Below, one piece after another: positions 21,240 to 31,402 of a stretch of DNA of 61,536 nucleotides. The DNA comes from Campylobacterota bacterium (GTDB lineage Bacteria; Campylobacterota; Campylobacteria; Campylobacterales; Sulfurimonadaceae): contig VCAY01000003.1 in assembly GCA_013607635.1 (NCBI GenBank), forward strand, positions 1-61,536. Direction: 5' to 3'. A program made the translations under genes and the position numbers. Position 1 is the first letter of the stretch; each line of letters begins with the position of its first letter. The notes beneath the pieces were generated by a model. The model was not told the origin of the DNA and ran no database searches. It worked only from the letters and a program-made list of their open reading frames with translations.

Positions 21240-22538
21240 ATGTTAAAAAGCCAAAGTATTCGAAGAAAATTTCTTGTACAACTTTTTATCTCTTCAGCAT
21301 CTTTAATACTGATATTTTCCTCCCTTTTATACTTTTATATTAAAGAATCGATCTACGATGAAAAAACCAATGAGCTAATCCATTATGCTCAAAATATCTC
21401 GCAGCAGAGATCTGTTTATGATATTGGGGAATTTCCAGATAATTTTCTCGCTTTAAGCATTGAGCTTATCTCTCTTTGGGCAACACTTGAGGAGACTGAA
21501 GTTTATGAAAAAAAAGAAAACAAAAAATCCTACCTGACTCTCATCTACCCTTTTGATAAAAACCACCATCTTTATCTCAAGATCACCAAAGAGATCACCC
21601 CAACTACTAAACTGCTTGCTAAGGTTCTTAATTATATTTTTATTATTAATGTTGCGGGATTTTTGATCGTTATCGTGTATGCCACCACCCTTTCAAAGAT
21701 ACTGGTTAAGCCAGTCAAGCGGATGAGTGAAGATCTGTCCAATATGAACGAGCATCTGATGCACCCTATAGAGATGCAAGAGATACCACTAGAGTTTTTA
21801 CCATTGGCACAAACGATCAACCACCTTATTGCGAGGATCCAAAACTTTGTCAAATACCAAAAAGAGCTTTTCATAGGTACAGCCCATGAGCTTAAAACCC
21901 CTCTAGCAGTTATCAAGCTCAAAAATCAAGTAACACTCATCAAAAGAAGATCTGCTCAAGAGTATATTGATGCAATACAAACAACCAATAAAACGATTGA
22001 TGAGATGGATATTATCATCTCTAATATTCTCAATATTGGAAGGCAAGAGGGGGCACAACTCGATCAACCACAAGAGATCGATGTGGTAGGTTTTCTCAAA
22101 CAAAAAGCAAACGATTTTAAGCTCTTAGCTGACAATGAAGGTAAAACTCTTGAGATGGAGTTTCATCCTGATATGTTTATGGCAACCCTACAAGTGAGCC
22201 TTCTGAATCAGATCGTACAAAACTTTTTACAAAATGCACTCAAGTTTACCCCGCGAAATAAGTCTGTCAAACTACAAACATCGCAAGATGACTTTGGGCT
22301 TCTTATAGAGGTATTAGATGAGGGATGCGGGATCGATGAAACAGTTGACTTTTTTGCTCCTTTTAAACGTCAAGGAAACAAAAGTGGTGTAGGACTTGGT
22401 CTGTTTTTAGCAAAGAGTGCTGCTGATGCTCTTGGTGCTAAGATCACCATTGAAAATCGAAAAGATGGTATAGAGGGTACACGTGCAGCCTTGCAGCTCA
22501 ATTCACAACTCTCTTGTATTATCCCCCAAAAGAAGTAG
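21240..22538 (+). CDS. Sensor histidine kinase, probable partner of HsrA
   Basis: Two TM helices, H-box AHELKTPL, N-box NALKF, DEGCGI, GLGL. Confidence 0.92.
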   Translation: MLKSQSIRRKFLVQLFISSASLILIFSSLLYFYIKESIYDEKTNELIHYAQNISQQRSVYDIGEFPDNFLALSIELISLWATLEETEVYEKKENKKSYLTLIYPFDKNHHLYLKITKEITPTTKLLAKVLNYIFIINVAGFLIVIVYATTLSKILVKPVKRMSEDLSNMNEHLMHPIEMQEIPLEFLPLAQTINHLIARIQNFVKYQKELFIGTAHELKTPLAVIKLKNQVTLIKRRSAQEYIDAIQTTNKTIDEMDIIISNILNIGRQEGAQLDQPQEIDVVGFLKQKANDFKLLADNEGKTLEMEFHPDMFMATLQVSLLNQIVQNFLQNALKFTPRNKSVKLQTSQDDFGLLIEVLDEGCGIDETVDFFAPFKRQGNKSGVGLGLFLAKSAADALGAKITIENRKDGIEGTRAALQLNSQLSCIIPQKK

Positions 22539-22625
22539 ATTGGCTATATTTCAAAAATCCTAAAGGTTTATTTTGCTATAAATCGGTCACATAAAAACAA
22601 CTCATACAGTATAAGGTTTTTCAAT

Positions 22626-22877
22626 ATGGCATTATTAATAAATGACGAGTGTATAGCATGCGATGCTTGCCGTGAAGAGTGTCCTACAATTGCTATAGAA
22701 GAGGGTGATCCAATCTACTTCATCGATCCAGACAGATGCACGGAGTGTGTCGGTGTTTATGATGAACCTGCTTGCATCTCAGTTTGTCCTGTTGATTGTA
22801 TCGTTGCTGATAAAGACAATGTTGAAACGATAGCAGAACTAAAATTCAAATTTGAAAACCTCAATCTAGAAGAGTAA
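22626..22877 (+). CDS. 2[4Fe-4S] ferredoxin (YfhL-like)
   Basis: CIACDACREECP and CTECVG-x-CISVCP motifs. Confidence 0.92.
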   Translation: MALLINDECIACDACREECPTIAIEEGDPIYFIDPDRCTECVGVYDEPACISVCPVDCIVADKDNVETIAELKFKFENLNLEE

Positions 22878-22883
22878 CCCCCT

Positions 22884-24350
22884 TTGGCAAAACGTACGGC
22901 AGTCATAGATATCGGTTCTAACTCCATTAGGATGGTTATCTATGAAAAAACTTCCCGTTTTGCTTTCCATCTTTTACACGAAGAAAAATCCAAAGTCAGA
23001 ATTTCCGAAAACGCTTATAAACATAATGCTATCTTGCAAGAGGCACCTATGCGGCGTACCTATAATGCACTTGAAAACTTTTTACAAATTGCCAGATCCT
23101 TTAAAACGAGGAAAATTTTCTGTGTAGCTACCTCTGCTTTGCGTGATGCGCCCAATCAAAAACTCTTTACCAACAGAGTCAAAAAAGATCTACAACTCAA
23201 TATTAAAGTTATAAGTGGAGAGAGGGAAGCCTATTTTGGTGCATTGGCATGTGCAAACCTTTTACCGCAACAGTCCAATGCAATGAGTATTGACGTTGGT
23301 GGAGGTTCAACAGAGATCGCATATATCGACGGTTATAATGTTTCAAAAACCCAATCACTAAAACTTGGAACAGTACGACTCAAGGAGCTCTTTTTTGACA
23401 ATAACGATCTTGAGGGTGCAAAAAGATACGTCGATACGGAACTTGACAAGATCACCGATATCGATCCGCACACCCTTGTGGGTATAGGAGGCACTTTTCG
23501 TGCAATCTCTTCAGCTATCCAAAAACTACAACATTATCCTTTAAGAAAGCTTCATGCCTATGAGTATGCGCCAAAAATCTTTCAAGGCTATATCAAACAG
23601 GTGCTAGCTGCTGATGCAACACGACTACGCGATCTTTATATCAAAGAGAACCGTTTTGATGTAATCAAACCTGGTGTTTTTATCTTACAAAGAGTGCTCA
23701 AAAAGTTCAACATTCAAAACATTATCACCAGTGGTGTAGGTGTGAGAGAGGGGGTATTCCTTGCAGATATTCTAAGAAATGCAAAACACCGTTTTCCTGC
23801 ACATTACAACACATCAATTCGTTATATTTTGGATGCTCATCTGCAGGACAAAGAGTTTTCCAATAACCTCTCAAGACTCTCCAAAGAGCTTTTTGATCTT
23901 ACATCTGCGCACTTTGGTATCGATAGAAAATATCGCAAACAATTATCGATCGCTGCAAAGCTTTACCCGTCTGGAAGTAATATCCATCTCTACTCACAAA
24001 ATAAACATGCTTACTACATCGTACAAACTGCACTTGAGTATGGATTTACCCATCAAGAGATTATCTTGATCGCCACACTGGTAAAATACGCCAAAAACAA
24101 GCTACCGGCACAATCACATCTTGAAAAATACAATCTTTTACTTCCAGAGGAGCATATTACAAGAAAACTAAGCTTTCTTCTCTCTCTTGCTACTGTTTTA
24201 TTGAGTCACCATCCTAGAAATATCGATTTTGAACTAAATTTTAACAACGGGAAGTTATATGTAAACTCTCAAACAAACCTCTACCTTGCCAAAAGCTCTA
24301 TCAACAAACTAGAATGTTCTGACAAAGAGTTTAAAGTAATATTCAATTAA
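22884..24350 (+). CDS. ppx: Ppx/GppA phosphatase
   Basis: IDIGSNSIR, ATSALRDAPN, DVGGGSTE, GVREG. Confidence 0.92.
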   Translation: MAKRTAVIDIGSNSIRMVIYEKTSRFAFHLLHEEKSKVRISENAYKHNAILQEAPMRRTYNALENFLQIARSFKTRKIFCVATSALRDAPNQKLFTNRVKKDLQLNIKVISGEREAYFGALACANLLPQQSNAMSIDVGGGSTEIAYIDGYNVSKTQSLKLGTVRLKELFFDNNDLEGAKRYVDTELDKITDIDPHTLVGIGGTFRAISSAIQKLQHYPLRKLHAYEYAPKIFQGYIKQVLAADATRLRDLYIKENRFDVIKPGVFILQRVLKKFNIQNIITSGVGVREGVFLADILRNAKHRFPAHYNTSIRYILDAHLQDKEFSNNLSRLSKELFDLTSAHFGIDRKYRKQLSIAAKLYPSGSNIHLYSQNKHAYYIVQTALEYGFTHQEIILIATLVKYAKNKLPAQSHLEKYNLLLPEEHITRKLSFLLSLATVLLSHHPRNIDFELNFNNGKLYVNSQTNLYLAKSSINKLECSDKEFKVIFN

Positions 24351-24358
24351 GAGCACCC

Positions 24359-26629
24359 TTAAAATCTTTGCCCCATTGTAAACTCAAATGTTTGTGTTTT
24401 GTCGTCAGGATGTGGATTTATAGCTTTGGAAAACATTAACTGAATTGGTCCAACGGGACTAAACCACTCGATCCCCACACCATAACCACTACGTTTCATA
24501 TTATTAGCCACCAAATCAACAGCACTGATTGTATCAGCTATAACTCCCCAGTCGATGTAGGTTACAAGACGCATCTTCGCTTTTGGCACGAGTGGGAAAC
24601 TCACCTCCAATGAGTTTGAAAATGTCTGTGTGCCACCAATTCTCCTAATCCTTTCTCCATTATAGGTATCGATACCGGTAGAGTCTTTAATCATAGGAGA
24701 GAGGGAATAAGACTCATACCCTCTTACACTGCCTATACCTCCCATGTAGAATTTCTCAGCAAGTGGTACATAACCATTATCTACAAGTGCATAATAGCGT
24801 GCTTTGTACCGTAGTATTGCATCAAATCCCAACCAATCATCCAGCCCTTTATAGATGGAGAAGTTTGTTCTTGATTTCAAATAATTAGCCTGTGCTCCAA
24901 GTCCTGTTTTTTCAAAGCTTTGCCCTAAGATAAAACCACTTCTTGGAAGATAATAATCATCGGTATTATCCCAGTTGGCACTTACTGTAATACCAGACTT
25001 TGCATACCCTTCAAAATAATATAGCGGATATTGCGTTTTGTTAAAATCACTTCCAAGGTTGTATCCATTTTTAGAGTATCTATAGCCAAGATATCCACTG
25101 ATATGTCTTGAGAATCTATGCCCCATACCAATAGATACACCATCTGATTTAACGGAGTAGTCATTATAATCATAATTGGAATGGTATATAGAAAAACTTC
25201 CGGAAAAATCACTGTCGTTAAGACGAGGATTTGAGATATTAAATGAAAAGTTTTTCGATGTTTGCGATTTTTCTGCTTTGAGACCAATAGTAATACCGCT
25301 TCCCCAGATGTTTCTGTCGCTCACACCAATGTTTAACAACAATCCACCAGAGCCATACCCGCCACCGAACTGTACCCGACTGGTCGTCGTCTCTTTAACT
25401 TTAACAACTAGATCCATCGTATGGTTATCAACCCTTTTTTCTTCAATGGTTGTTCCATCAAAGAATCCAAGTCTGCCTATAGCATTTCTGGAGTCTTTAA
25501 GATCGGTAAGCGAATACATATCTCCAGGAGCAAGATAGAGCTCACGTCGCACGATCCTATCTAATGTTCTTGTATTTCCGGAAATAGTAACATTTCTAAT
25601 TTTAACTTTATCGCTCGGTATCACTTTAAAAACCACTTCAACTGTTTTGTTGTTTATATCTTTTTTCAGATCGGGAATAACCTGCACAAAAGCGTAAGAG
25701 AGATCTGCTACAAGTGTTTTTATCTTATCTGCATCTTCTCTGAATGTTTTAATATTAAATATCTCACCCTCTTTAAGCGCAATCAGCTCTTTGATCTTCT
25801 TATCATCGATAACATTCTTTGATTGAAAGATCGAAACTTTTGAGATAGTGTACTGCTCACCCTCAACCACTTGATACGACATATCTGCTCGATAATTATC
25901 AAAATTTACCCGCACAAACGGTGCTTCAACTTTGGCATCAAGGTAACCGTGTTGCATGTAAAAATTGCGAATACGCAGATTATCATAAGCAAGATCGCGA
26001 AGATGCATTTTACCATCGTTTCTACCCCAGAACCACCCCATAAACCGATGCTCTTTATTGGCAATCACATCATCAAAATCATCACTATCAAGCCCAGCAA
26101 CACCACTGTAACGTAACTTGTCAATAATAATCTCTTCCCCTTCATTGATCAAAAAAGTCACTTGTATGCTGCCGTTTTCAAGGTAGGTTGTCTCAACCTC
26201 TACAACAGAATCGATCTTCCCCTCCTGCGCGATCGCTTCTTGGATCCTTCTTTTTGCAGCCTGCACCTTTTTTTCATCATAAAGTGTACCTTTTTTTATC
26301 TGCACTACTGAGTCTTTAAACGCATCATCATTCTCTTTATGACCTTTAATCTCCACCTTGGAGATGATCGCTTTTTCTTTGCAATAGTATGTTAAAACAC
26401 CATTATCAAACTCTGTATAGATATCATTAAAATACCCTTGATTAAAAAAAATTTTAATCGATCTATCAACCGAATCGACATCGATATCGTCACCCACTCC
26501 AAACTCTAACATTCGTAGTGCGACACTCTTAGAGAGGTGTACCATACCTTCAAATTTTATACTCTCAATCTTCTGTGCACAAAGGGAACTAAAAAGCAAT
26601 AACCAAATAGACAAAAATATTATTCTCAT
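24359..26629 (-). CDS. bamA: Outer-membrane protein assembly factor BamA (Omp85)
   Basis: Signal peptide, POTRA repeats (GNTRTLD-IVRRE), VRGY loop, WFSPVGP, C-terminal F; start moved to ATG 26629. Confidence 0.92.
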   Translation of the reverse strand: MRIIFLSIWLLLFSSLCAQKIESIKFEGMVHLSKSVALRMLEFGVGDDIDVDSVDRSIKIFFNQGYFNDIYTEFDNGVLTYYCKEKAIISKVEIKGHKENDDAFKDSVVQIKKGTLYDEKKVQAAKRRIQEAIAQEGKIDSVVEVETTYLENGSIQVTFLINEGEEIIIDKLRYSGVAGLDSDDFDDVIANKEHRFMGWFWGRNDGKMHLRDLAYDNLRIRNFYMQHGYLDAKVEAPFVRVNFDNYRADMSYQVVEGEQYTISKVSIFQSKNVIDDKKIKELIALKEGEIFNIKTFREDADKIKTLVADLSYAFVQVIPDLKKDINNKTVEVVFKVIPSDKVKIRNVTISGNTRTLDRIVRRELYLAPGDMYSLTDLKDSRNAIGRLGFFDGTTIEEKRVDNHTMDLVVKVKETTTSRVQFGGGYGSGGLLLNIGVSDRNIWGSGITIGLKAEKSQTSKNFSFNISNPRLNDSDFSGSFSIYHSNYDYNDYSVKSDGVSIGMGHRFSRHISGYLGYRYSKNGYNLGSDFNKTQYPLYYFEGYAKSGITVSANWDNTDDYYLPRSGFILGQSFEKTGLGAQANYLKSRTNFSIYKGLDDWLGFDAILRYKARYYALVDNGYVPLAEKFYMGGIGSVRGYESYSLSPMIKDSTGIDTYNGERIRRIGGTQTFSNSLEVSFPLVPKAKMRLVTYIDWGVIADTISAVDLVANNMKRSGYGVGIEWFSPVGPIQLMFSKAINPHPDDKTQTFEFTMGQRF

Positions 26630-26812
26630 TAAAAATCCATAAACAAAATTAGACCCGATTTTACCTTGTTTGTGGTTAATATTTAGTAAAGTCGCCGTGT
26701 AAATTTTGCAATTTATTTTCAAGAATAGTGGGAAAAATGGCATTTCTATAAAAAGTTTTCTGTTTTTTGTTTTAAGGTATCGTATTTTAGGGAATATTTG
26801 AAGATTTTGGAA

Positions 26813-26887
26813 TGGCTCCGGATACTGGATTCGAACCAGTGGCCAAGTGATTAACAGTCACCTACTCTACCGCTGAGCTAATCCGGA
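26813..26887 (-). tRNA. tRNA-Asn (GTT)
   Basis: Reverse complement TCCGGATTAGCTCAGCGGTAGAG..CTGTTAA..GGTTCGAATCC..GGAGCCA folds as a cloverleaf with encoded CCA. Confidence 0.96.
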
Positions 26888-26913
26888 ATATTGTTGTAAA
26901 AGACTCTTGATGA

Positions 26914-26990
26914 TGGTGTCAAGAGGGAGAATTGAACTCCCGACCTCCGGCTTATGAGACCAGCGCTCTAACCAGCTGAGCTACCTTGAC
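26914..26990 (-). tRNA. tRNA with CAT anticodon (elongator Met most likely; Ile2 not excluded)
   Basis: GTCAAGGTAGCTCAGCTGGTTAGAGC..CTCATAA..TTCAATT..CTTGACACCA; paired G1-C72, so not an initiator. Confidence 0.92.
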
Positions 26991-27047
26991 ATCGCTTAAG
27001 AGGCTGGAATTATACACAAGCTCATCTTAGAGTTTTCTAAAATAGGT

Positions 27048-27305
27048 TTATGCTAGTGCCTTTTCTATTTTACTTTGATCAAAGCCACATACCCAACGAC
27101 TCCCTATGAGCACTACCGGTACACCTCGACATCCATGGTTCATGCAGTCTTGCATCGCTTTTTTATCTTTGGTAACATCAATGGTCTTAAACTTTAAACC
27201 TTTTTCCTTAAGATATTTTTTCGCTGTTGTACACCACTTGCATGTAGGAGATGTAAAAAGCACTATTGGCTTTTGTTTTACAGGTTGCTTTTTCTTCTGT
27301 GCCAT
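27048..27305 (-). CDS. Glutaredoxin/NrdH-like protein
   Basis: CKWC active site, GVPV cis-Pro motif, GFD; SD GGAGG. Confidence 0.85.
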   Translation of the reverse strand: MAQKKKQPVKQKPIVLFTSPTCKWCTTAKKYLKEKGLKFKTIDVTKDKKAMQDCMNHGCRGVPVVLIGSRWVCGFDQSKIEKALA

Positions 27306-27398
27306 AAAAAACCTCCATGATAAATCTCTAATATTTAAAAAAATTTTATACCATTATCACTTTAAAATAAATTAAGTTATGTAAAAATACTTAATAAA

Positions 27399-27419
27399 CT
27401 TTAGTCAATAAGACTAAGA
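27399..27419 (+). promoter_or_regulatory. HAIR-like (HspR) operator upstream of groES
   Basis: CTTTAGT-N7-ACTAAGA imperfect inverted repeat resembling CTTGAGT-N7-ACTCAAG, abutting the -35 box. Confidence 0.65.
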
Positions 27420-27422
27420 GTA

Positions 27423-27451
27423 TTGACAAGATTACTATTTTTTTGTAATAT
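27423..27451 (+). promoter_or_regulatory. sigma70-type promoter of groESL
   Basis: TTGACA-N17-TAATAT. Confidence 0.7.
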
Positions 27452-27496
27452 TCTAACCGTAATTTACACAACTATAAACACTATAGGAGGATATAG

Positions 27497-27757
27497 ATGA
27501 ATTTTAAACCACTTGGTGAAAGATTACTTGTTAAAACCGTTGAAGAGGCAAATACAACCTCAAGCGGTATTATCATCCCGGACAATGCAAAAGAGAAGCC
27601 AAACCGTGCTGAAGTTGTAGCGGCTGGTGGCGATGTTGAGGATGTAAAAGTTGGAGACACAGTTGTTTATGGTAAGTACGCAGGTACGCAACTCGCTCTA
27701 GATGGGCAAGACTACATCGTACTAGAACTATCAGATGTTCTAGGTGTAATTTCATAA
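27497..27757 (+). CDS. groES: Co-chaperonin GroES
   Basis: FKPLGER, SGIIIPDNAKEKP, KYAGT. Confidence 0.98.
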   Translation: MNFKPLGERLLVKTVEEANTTSSGIIIPDNAKEKPNRAEVVAAGGDVEDVKVGDTVVYGKYAGTQLALDGQDYIVLELSDVLGVIS

Positions 27758-27793
27758 ATTTTTAATGATTAAACAGTATAAAAAGGAGAGAGA

Positions 27794-29434
27794 ATGTCAA
27801 AAGAGATAATTTTTTCAGATAACGCAAGAAACGCTTTAGCTCGTGGTGTTGAAAAACTAACAGATGCGGTAAAAGTAACAATGGGTCCACGCGGACGCAA
27901 TGTTTTGATCCAAAAATCTTACGGAAGTCCGGCAATTACTAAAGATGGTGTTTCAGTTGCTCGTGAGATTGAGCTTGCCGATAAACTAGAAGATATGGGT
28001 GCACAACTTGTTAAAGAGGTTGCAAGCAATACCGCTGATGAAGCGGGTGATGGAACTACTACTGCAACAGTTTTGGCTAACTCTATCTTCAAAGAGGGTC
28101 TTAGAAATGTTACAGCGGGGGCAAACCCTGTTGAGATCAAGCGAGGGATGGATAAAGCTTGTGAAGCGATCTTAGAAAACCTCAAAGCAAGTTCAAAAAT
28201 CATCAAAGACAAAAATGAGATCGCCCAAGTTGCAACGATCTCTGCAAACTCTGATGAGCAGATCGGAAACATGATCGCTGAAGCGATGGAGAAAGTTGGT
28301 CAAGATGGTGTTATCACTGTTGAAGAGGCTAAAGGTATTGTTGATGAGCTTGATGTTGTTGAGGGTATGCAGTTTGATCGTGGATATTTAAGTCCATACT
28401 TTATCACCAATACTGAAAAGATGACGGCTGAGATCGAAAATCCATTTATCTTGATGGTAGATAGCAAGATCACATCACTTAAAGATCTTCTACCGGTATT
28501 GGAGCAGATCCAAAAATCTTCTCGTCCGTTACTTATCATCGCAGAAGATGTAGAGGGTGAAGCGTTGTCAACTCTTGTTGTTAACAAACTTCGCGGTGTA
28601 CTTAATATCTCTGCAGTTAAAGCTCCAGGTTTTGGTGACAGACGCAAAGCGATGCTTCAAGATATCGCGATCCTTACAGGTGGTACGGTGATCTCTGAAG
28701 AGACAGGTCACACACTTGAAGGCACTACAATCGATATGCTTGGACAAGCTTCACGCGTGGTGATCGACAAAGACAACACTGTAATCGTTGATGGTGCAGG
28801 AAGCAAAGAAGCTGTTGAGGCGCGCATCAAAGAGATCCGTACACTCATTGAGAACACTACAAGCGAGTACGACAAAGAGAAACTTCAAGAGAGACTTGCA
28901 AAACTTGCAGGTGGTGTTGCAGTTATCAAAGTTGGTGCAGCAACTGAAACTGAGATGAAAGAGAAAAAAGATCGTGTTGATGATGCACTCTCAGCAACAA
29001 AAGCGGCTGTTGAAGAGGGTATTGTTATCGGTGGTGGTGCTGCTCTTATCCGCGCTGCTTCAAAAGTGAATCTTGATCTTAAAGGGGATCAAAAAATTGG
29101 TGCTGAGATCATCTTACGCGCTGTAAAAGCTCCTGTAAAACAGATCGCTACAAATGCAGGGTATGATGCAGGTGTAGTTGTTAATACTATCGAAAATGCT
29201 GATGAAAACACAGGTTTCAACGCTGCAACTGGTGAGTATGTAGATATGTTTGAAGCTGGAATTATCGATCCGCTTAAAGTTGAGCGTGTTGCTCTTACAA
29301 ACGCAACATCTGCAGCATCATTGCTTCTAACAACTGAAGCGGCAGTATTTGAGCTACCAAAAGAGGAAACACCTGCTGCTGCTCCAGACATGAGTGGTAT
29401 GGGCGGTATGGGAGGAATGCCAGGGATGATGTAA
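27794..29434 (+). CDS. groEL: Chaperonin GroEL
   Basis: [18 protein letters not shown] tail. Confidence 0.99.
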   Translation: MSKEIIFSDNARNALARGVEKLTDAVKVTMGPRGRNVLIQKSYGSPAITKDGVSVAREIELADKLEDMGAQLVKEVASNTADEAGDGTTTATVLANSIFKEGLRNVTAGANPVEIKRGMDKACEAILENLKASSKIIKDKNEIAQVATISANSDEQIGNMIAEAMEKVGQDGVITVEEAKGIVDELDVVEGMQFDRGYLSPYFITNTEKMTAEIENPFILMVDSKITSLKDLLPVLEQIQKSSRPLLIIAEDVEGEALSTLVVNKLRGVLNISAVKAPGFGDRRKAMLQDIAILTGGTVISEETGHTLEGTTIDMLGQASRVVIDKDNTVIVDGAGSKEAVEARIKEIRTLIENTTSEYDKEKLQERLAKLAGGVAVIKVGAATETEMKEKKDRVDDALSATKAAVEEGIVIGGGAALIRAASKVNLDLKGDQKIGAEIILRAVKAPVKQIATNAGYDAGVVVNTIENADENTGFNAATGEYVDMFEAGIIDPLKVERVALTNATSAASLLLTTEAAVFELPKEETPAAAPDMSGMGGMGGMPGMM

Positions 29435-29449
29435 TCATCTCAGGCATTT
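29416..29449 (+). terminator. Probable groESL terminator hairpin spanning the stop codon
   Basis: AATGCC-a-GGGATGAT / ATCATCTC-a-GGCATT stem; only a short U tract. Confidence 0.4.
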
Positions 29450-29465
29450 CACAATTTTGTAACTC

Positions 29466-29714
29466 ATGCGACTAGGCAGTAACCCTTTTGAGAGTGGACA
29501 TATCAAAAACTACATCTTGCTTTATGCAAGTATTGTAGTGATTATGGTACTTTTCTTTTTTGCAAGTGATCTTTTTATTGAAGACAAAGAGATAGTTGCC
29601 AAAGTTTTTGACACTAAAGAAAAAGAGGCGTTAGATGCAACACCGCGAGAGGAGCAAACAGAAGTAAAAAAGAAGTTTACACCAAAGTTTAAACTCCTAG
29701 AGCAAGGGTATTAA
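29466..29714 (+). CDS. Small hypothetical membrane protein
   Basis: 82 aa, one TM helix then a charged tail; fills the gap between groEL and exbD. Confidence 0.6.
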   Translation: MRLGSNPFESGHIKNYILLYASIVVIMVLFFFASDLFIEDKEIVAKVFDTKEKEALDATPREEQTEVKKKFTPKFKLLEQGY

Positions 29715-29717
29715 AAT

Positions 29718-30110
29718 CTACTCTTTTGTTACGATGTACAGCTGTTCGTGCCCCAGCTTTTTAAGCATATCCATCACATGAACAAAATCTTGAAACTTTG
29801 AGTCTTTATCACTTCGCAAGATAACGGTTTGCTCTTTTGAGACGGTAGAGAGTTTTTGCTCGAGTGCTTCAAGCGTTACTTTCTCTTTTTCAAAAAACAT
29901 CTCCCCTTTGGCATTAACATAAACCGTCACCTCTTTTTTCTCCTCTTTTTTATCAGCAGATTTTGCTTCAGGAAGATTTACCGGTATCACACCTTGCTTG
30001 ATAAATGTTGCAGTAGTTAGCACCATCACAAGCAGTACAAGCATAATATCAATAAAGGGGATCACATTGATCTGGTCAAACTTCTTTTGTGTTTTTTTAC
30101 ACTTAGCCAT
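29718..30110 (-). CDS. exbD: ExbD biopolymer transport protein
   Basis: INVIPFIDIMLVLL, VNLP, LRSD. Confidence 0.93.
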   Translation of the reverse strand: MAKCKKTQKKFDQINVIPFIDIMLVLLVMVLTTATFIKQGVIPVNLPEAKSADKKEEKKEVTVYVNAKGEMFFEKEKVTLEALEQKLSTVSKEQTVILRSDKDSKFQDFVHVMDMLKKLGHEQLYIVTKE

Positions 30111-30115
30111 CGCCT

Positions 30116-30562
30116 CTATCTACTCTCGTTTGCGATATCATACTTTGTTAAAATCTTCTCGATGCGTCTTAAAAGATAGTTGTACGCTATGATGGCAGGG
30201 ATCGCAACCACAAGCCCCATTGCAGTTGCTTTAAGTGCTAAAGCAAGTCCCGTCATAATCTTTTTGGCATCCACAGCCCCAACATCACCAAGTGTATAAA
30301 ATGTCAGCATAATCCCTATAACTGTTCCAAGGAGTCCAATGTAAGGGGCATTAGCACCTATGGTACTGATAACATTGATGTTATTGGTAAGATCGAGCTC
30401 CAACGCATCTCTGTGTGTATAATCCTCTATACGCACCACCTTATAAAACATCATCCGCTCAATCAACAGCCACAGAGTTATCACACTCATCAGTACCAAT
30501 ATCCCCATAACTCCATAGTCAAGTGCCTGCTCAGCGTATTGCATCATATTTGTTGTTTGCAT
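30116..30562 (-). CDS. exbB: ExbB proton channel protein
   Basis: APYIGLLGTV-GI, ALKATAMGLVVAIP. Confidence 0.93.
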   Translation of the reverse strand: MQTTNMMQYAEQALDYGVMGILVLMSVITLWLLIERMMFYKVVRIEDYTHRDALELDLTNNINVISTIGANAPYIGLLGTVIGIMLTFYTLGDVGAVDAKKIMTGLALALKATAMGLVVAIPAIIAYNYLLRRIEKILTKYDIANESR

Positions 30563-30580
30563 ATCTCTTCTTTTCCTGTT

Positions 30581-31402
30581 TTAAAATTGTAAAGAAACGG
30601 TTGTTCCCTCATTTGGTTTTGATTTTATATCTAGCAAAATTTTATTTTCATCGCAAAACCGCTTCACCATTGCAAGACCTATTCCAAACCCCTGTGTATA
30701 GGTATTTTTTTGGTAAAAATTATCAAAAACTTGCAACAGCTCCACCTCATCCATCCCGATGCCGTGATCTGTAATGCTTAAACATCTGTTTTTGAGTGAA
30801 ATCTCGATATCTTTTGCATTGGGGGAGTATTTTACCCCATTATCGATTAAGTTGTCAATCACTTTAGACAAACCTATCTTATCGCTCATCAGCGGTGTTG
30901 GCTCCAAGGTAAGATGAAACTCAACATGGGGATAAAGTGTGCGTAAAAAATCGATATGACTATACACAATTTCTGAGAGCTCCACCTCCTCTTTGAGTTG
31001 TTGCTTTGACTGTTTTTTAATGAGATAATCAAGCTCATCATAACGTTGTTTGAGCATATCGCACGCTGATTCTATCCGCTCTATTCGCTTGAGTGCTTTT
31101 GGATCGCTTACACCTTTTTTGAGTATCTGTGTATTTGTTATGATGGTACTAATTGGTAAATTTAGTTCATGGAGTGTTTCGTGTGAAAGATTTTGCAGAT
31201 TTTTGACATACTCCACCAAAGGATCAAGTGCAAGTTTTGAGATAAATACCCCCGCAAGCACCACAATACAACCAAGAACAACTGAGAAAAATATCTTGTT
31301 CTGTAGTGTCGGTGATTTTAAGATATAGTACTCAATAGCTAAAAATAAAGCAATTGTAACAATATAAAAAAGAAAGATATAGATGCGAAAATTAGCAAAC
31401 AA
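30581..31402 (-). CDS. Short sensor histidine kinase
   Basis: Two close TM helices, LHELNLP H-box, NGVKYS, DHGIG, GFGIGL. Confidence 0.9.
   Translation of the reverse strand: MFANFRIYIFLFYIVTIALFLAIEYYILKSPTLQNKIFFSVVLGCIVVLAGVFISKLALDPLVEYVKNLQNLSHETLHELNLPISTIITNTQILKKGVSDPKALKRIERIESACDMLKQRYDELDYLIKKQSKQQLKEEVELSEIVYSHIDFLRTLYPHVEFHLTLEPTPLMSDKIGLSKVIDNLIDNGVKYSPNAKDIEISLKNRCLSITDHGIGMDEVELLQVFDNFYQKNTYTQGFGIGLAMVKRFCDENKILLDIKSKPNEGTTVSLQF

Noticed and set aside
26630-26743. Long N-terminal extensions in the ORF track (bamA, nadC, gspE, response regulator, ABC-F, tcdA, lipoprotein)
   Set aside because: Artefacts of taking the most upstream start; downstream starts fit SD sites, overlaps and domain boundaries
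26630-27047. tRNA 3' ends as integration sites for a mobile element
   Set aside because: No integrase or duplicated tRNA 3' end seen in the window
27919-29391. Long antisense ORFs in groEL (also in infB, cheA, gspD and ABC-F)
   Set aside because: Shadow frames caused by codon bias of the sense genes; no SD or motifs
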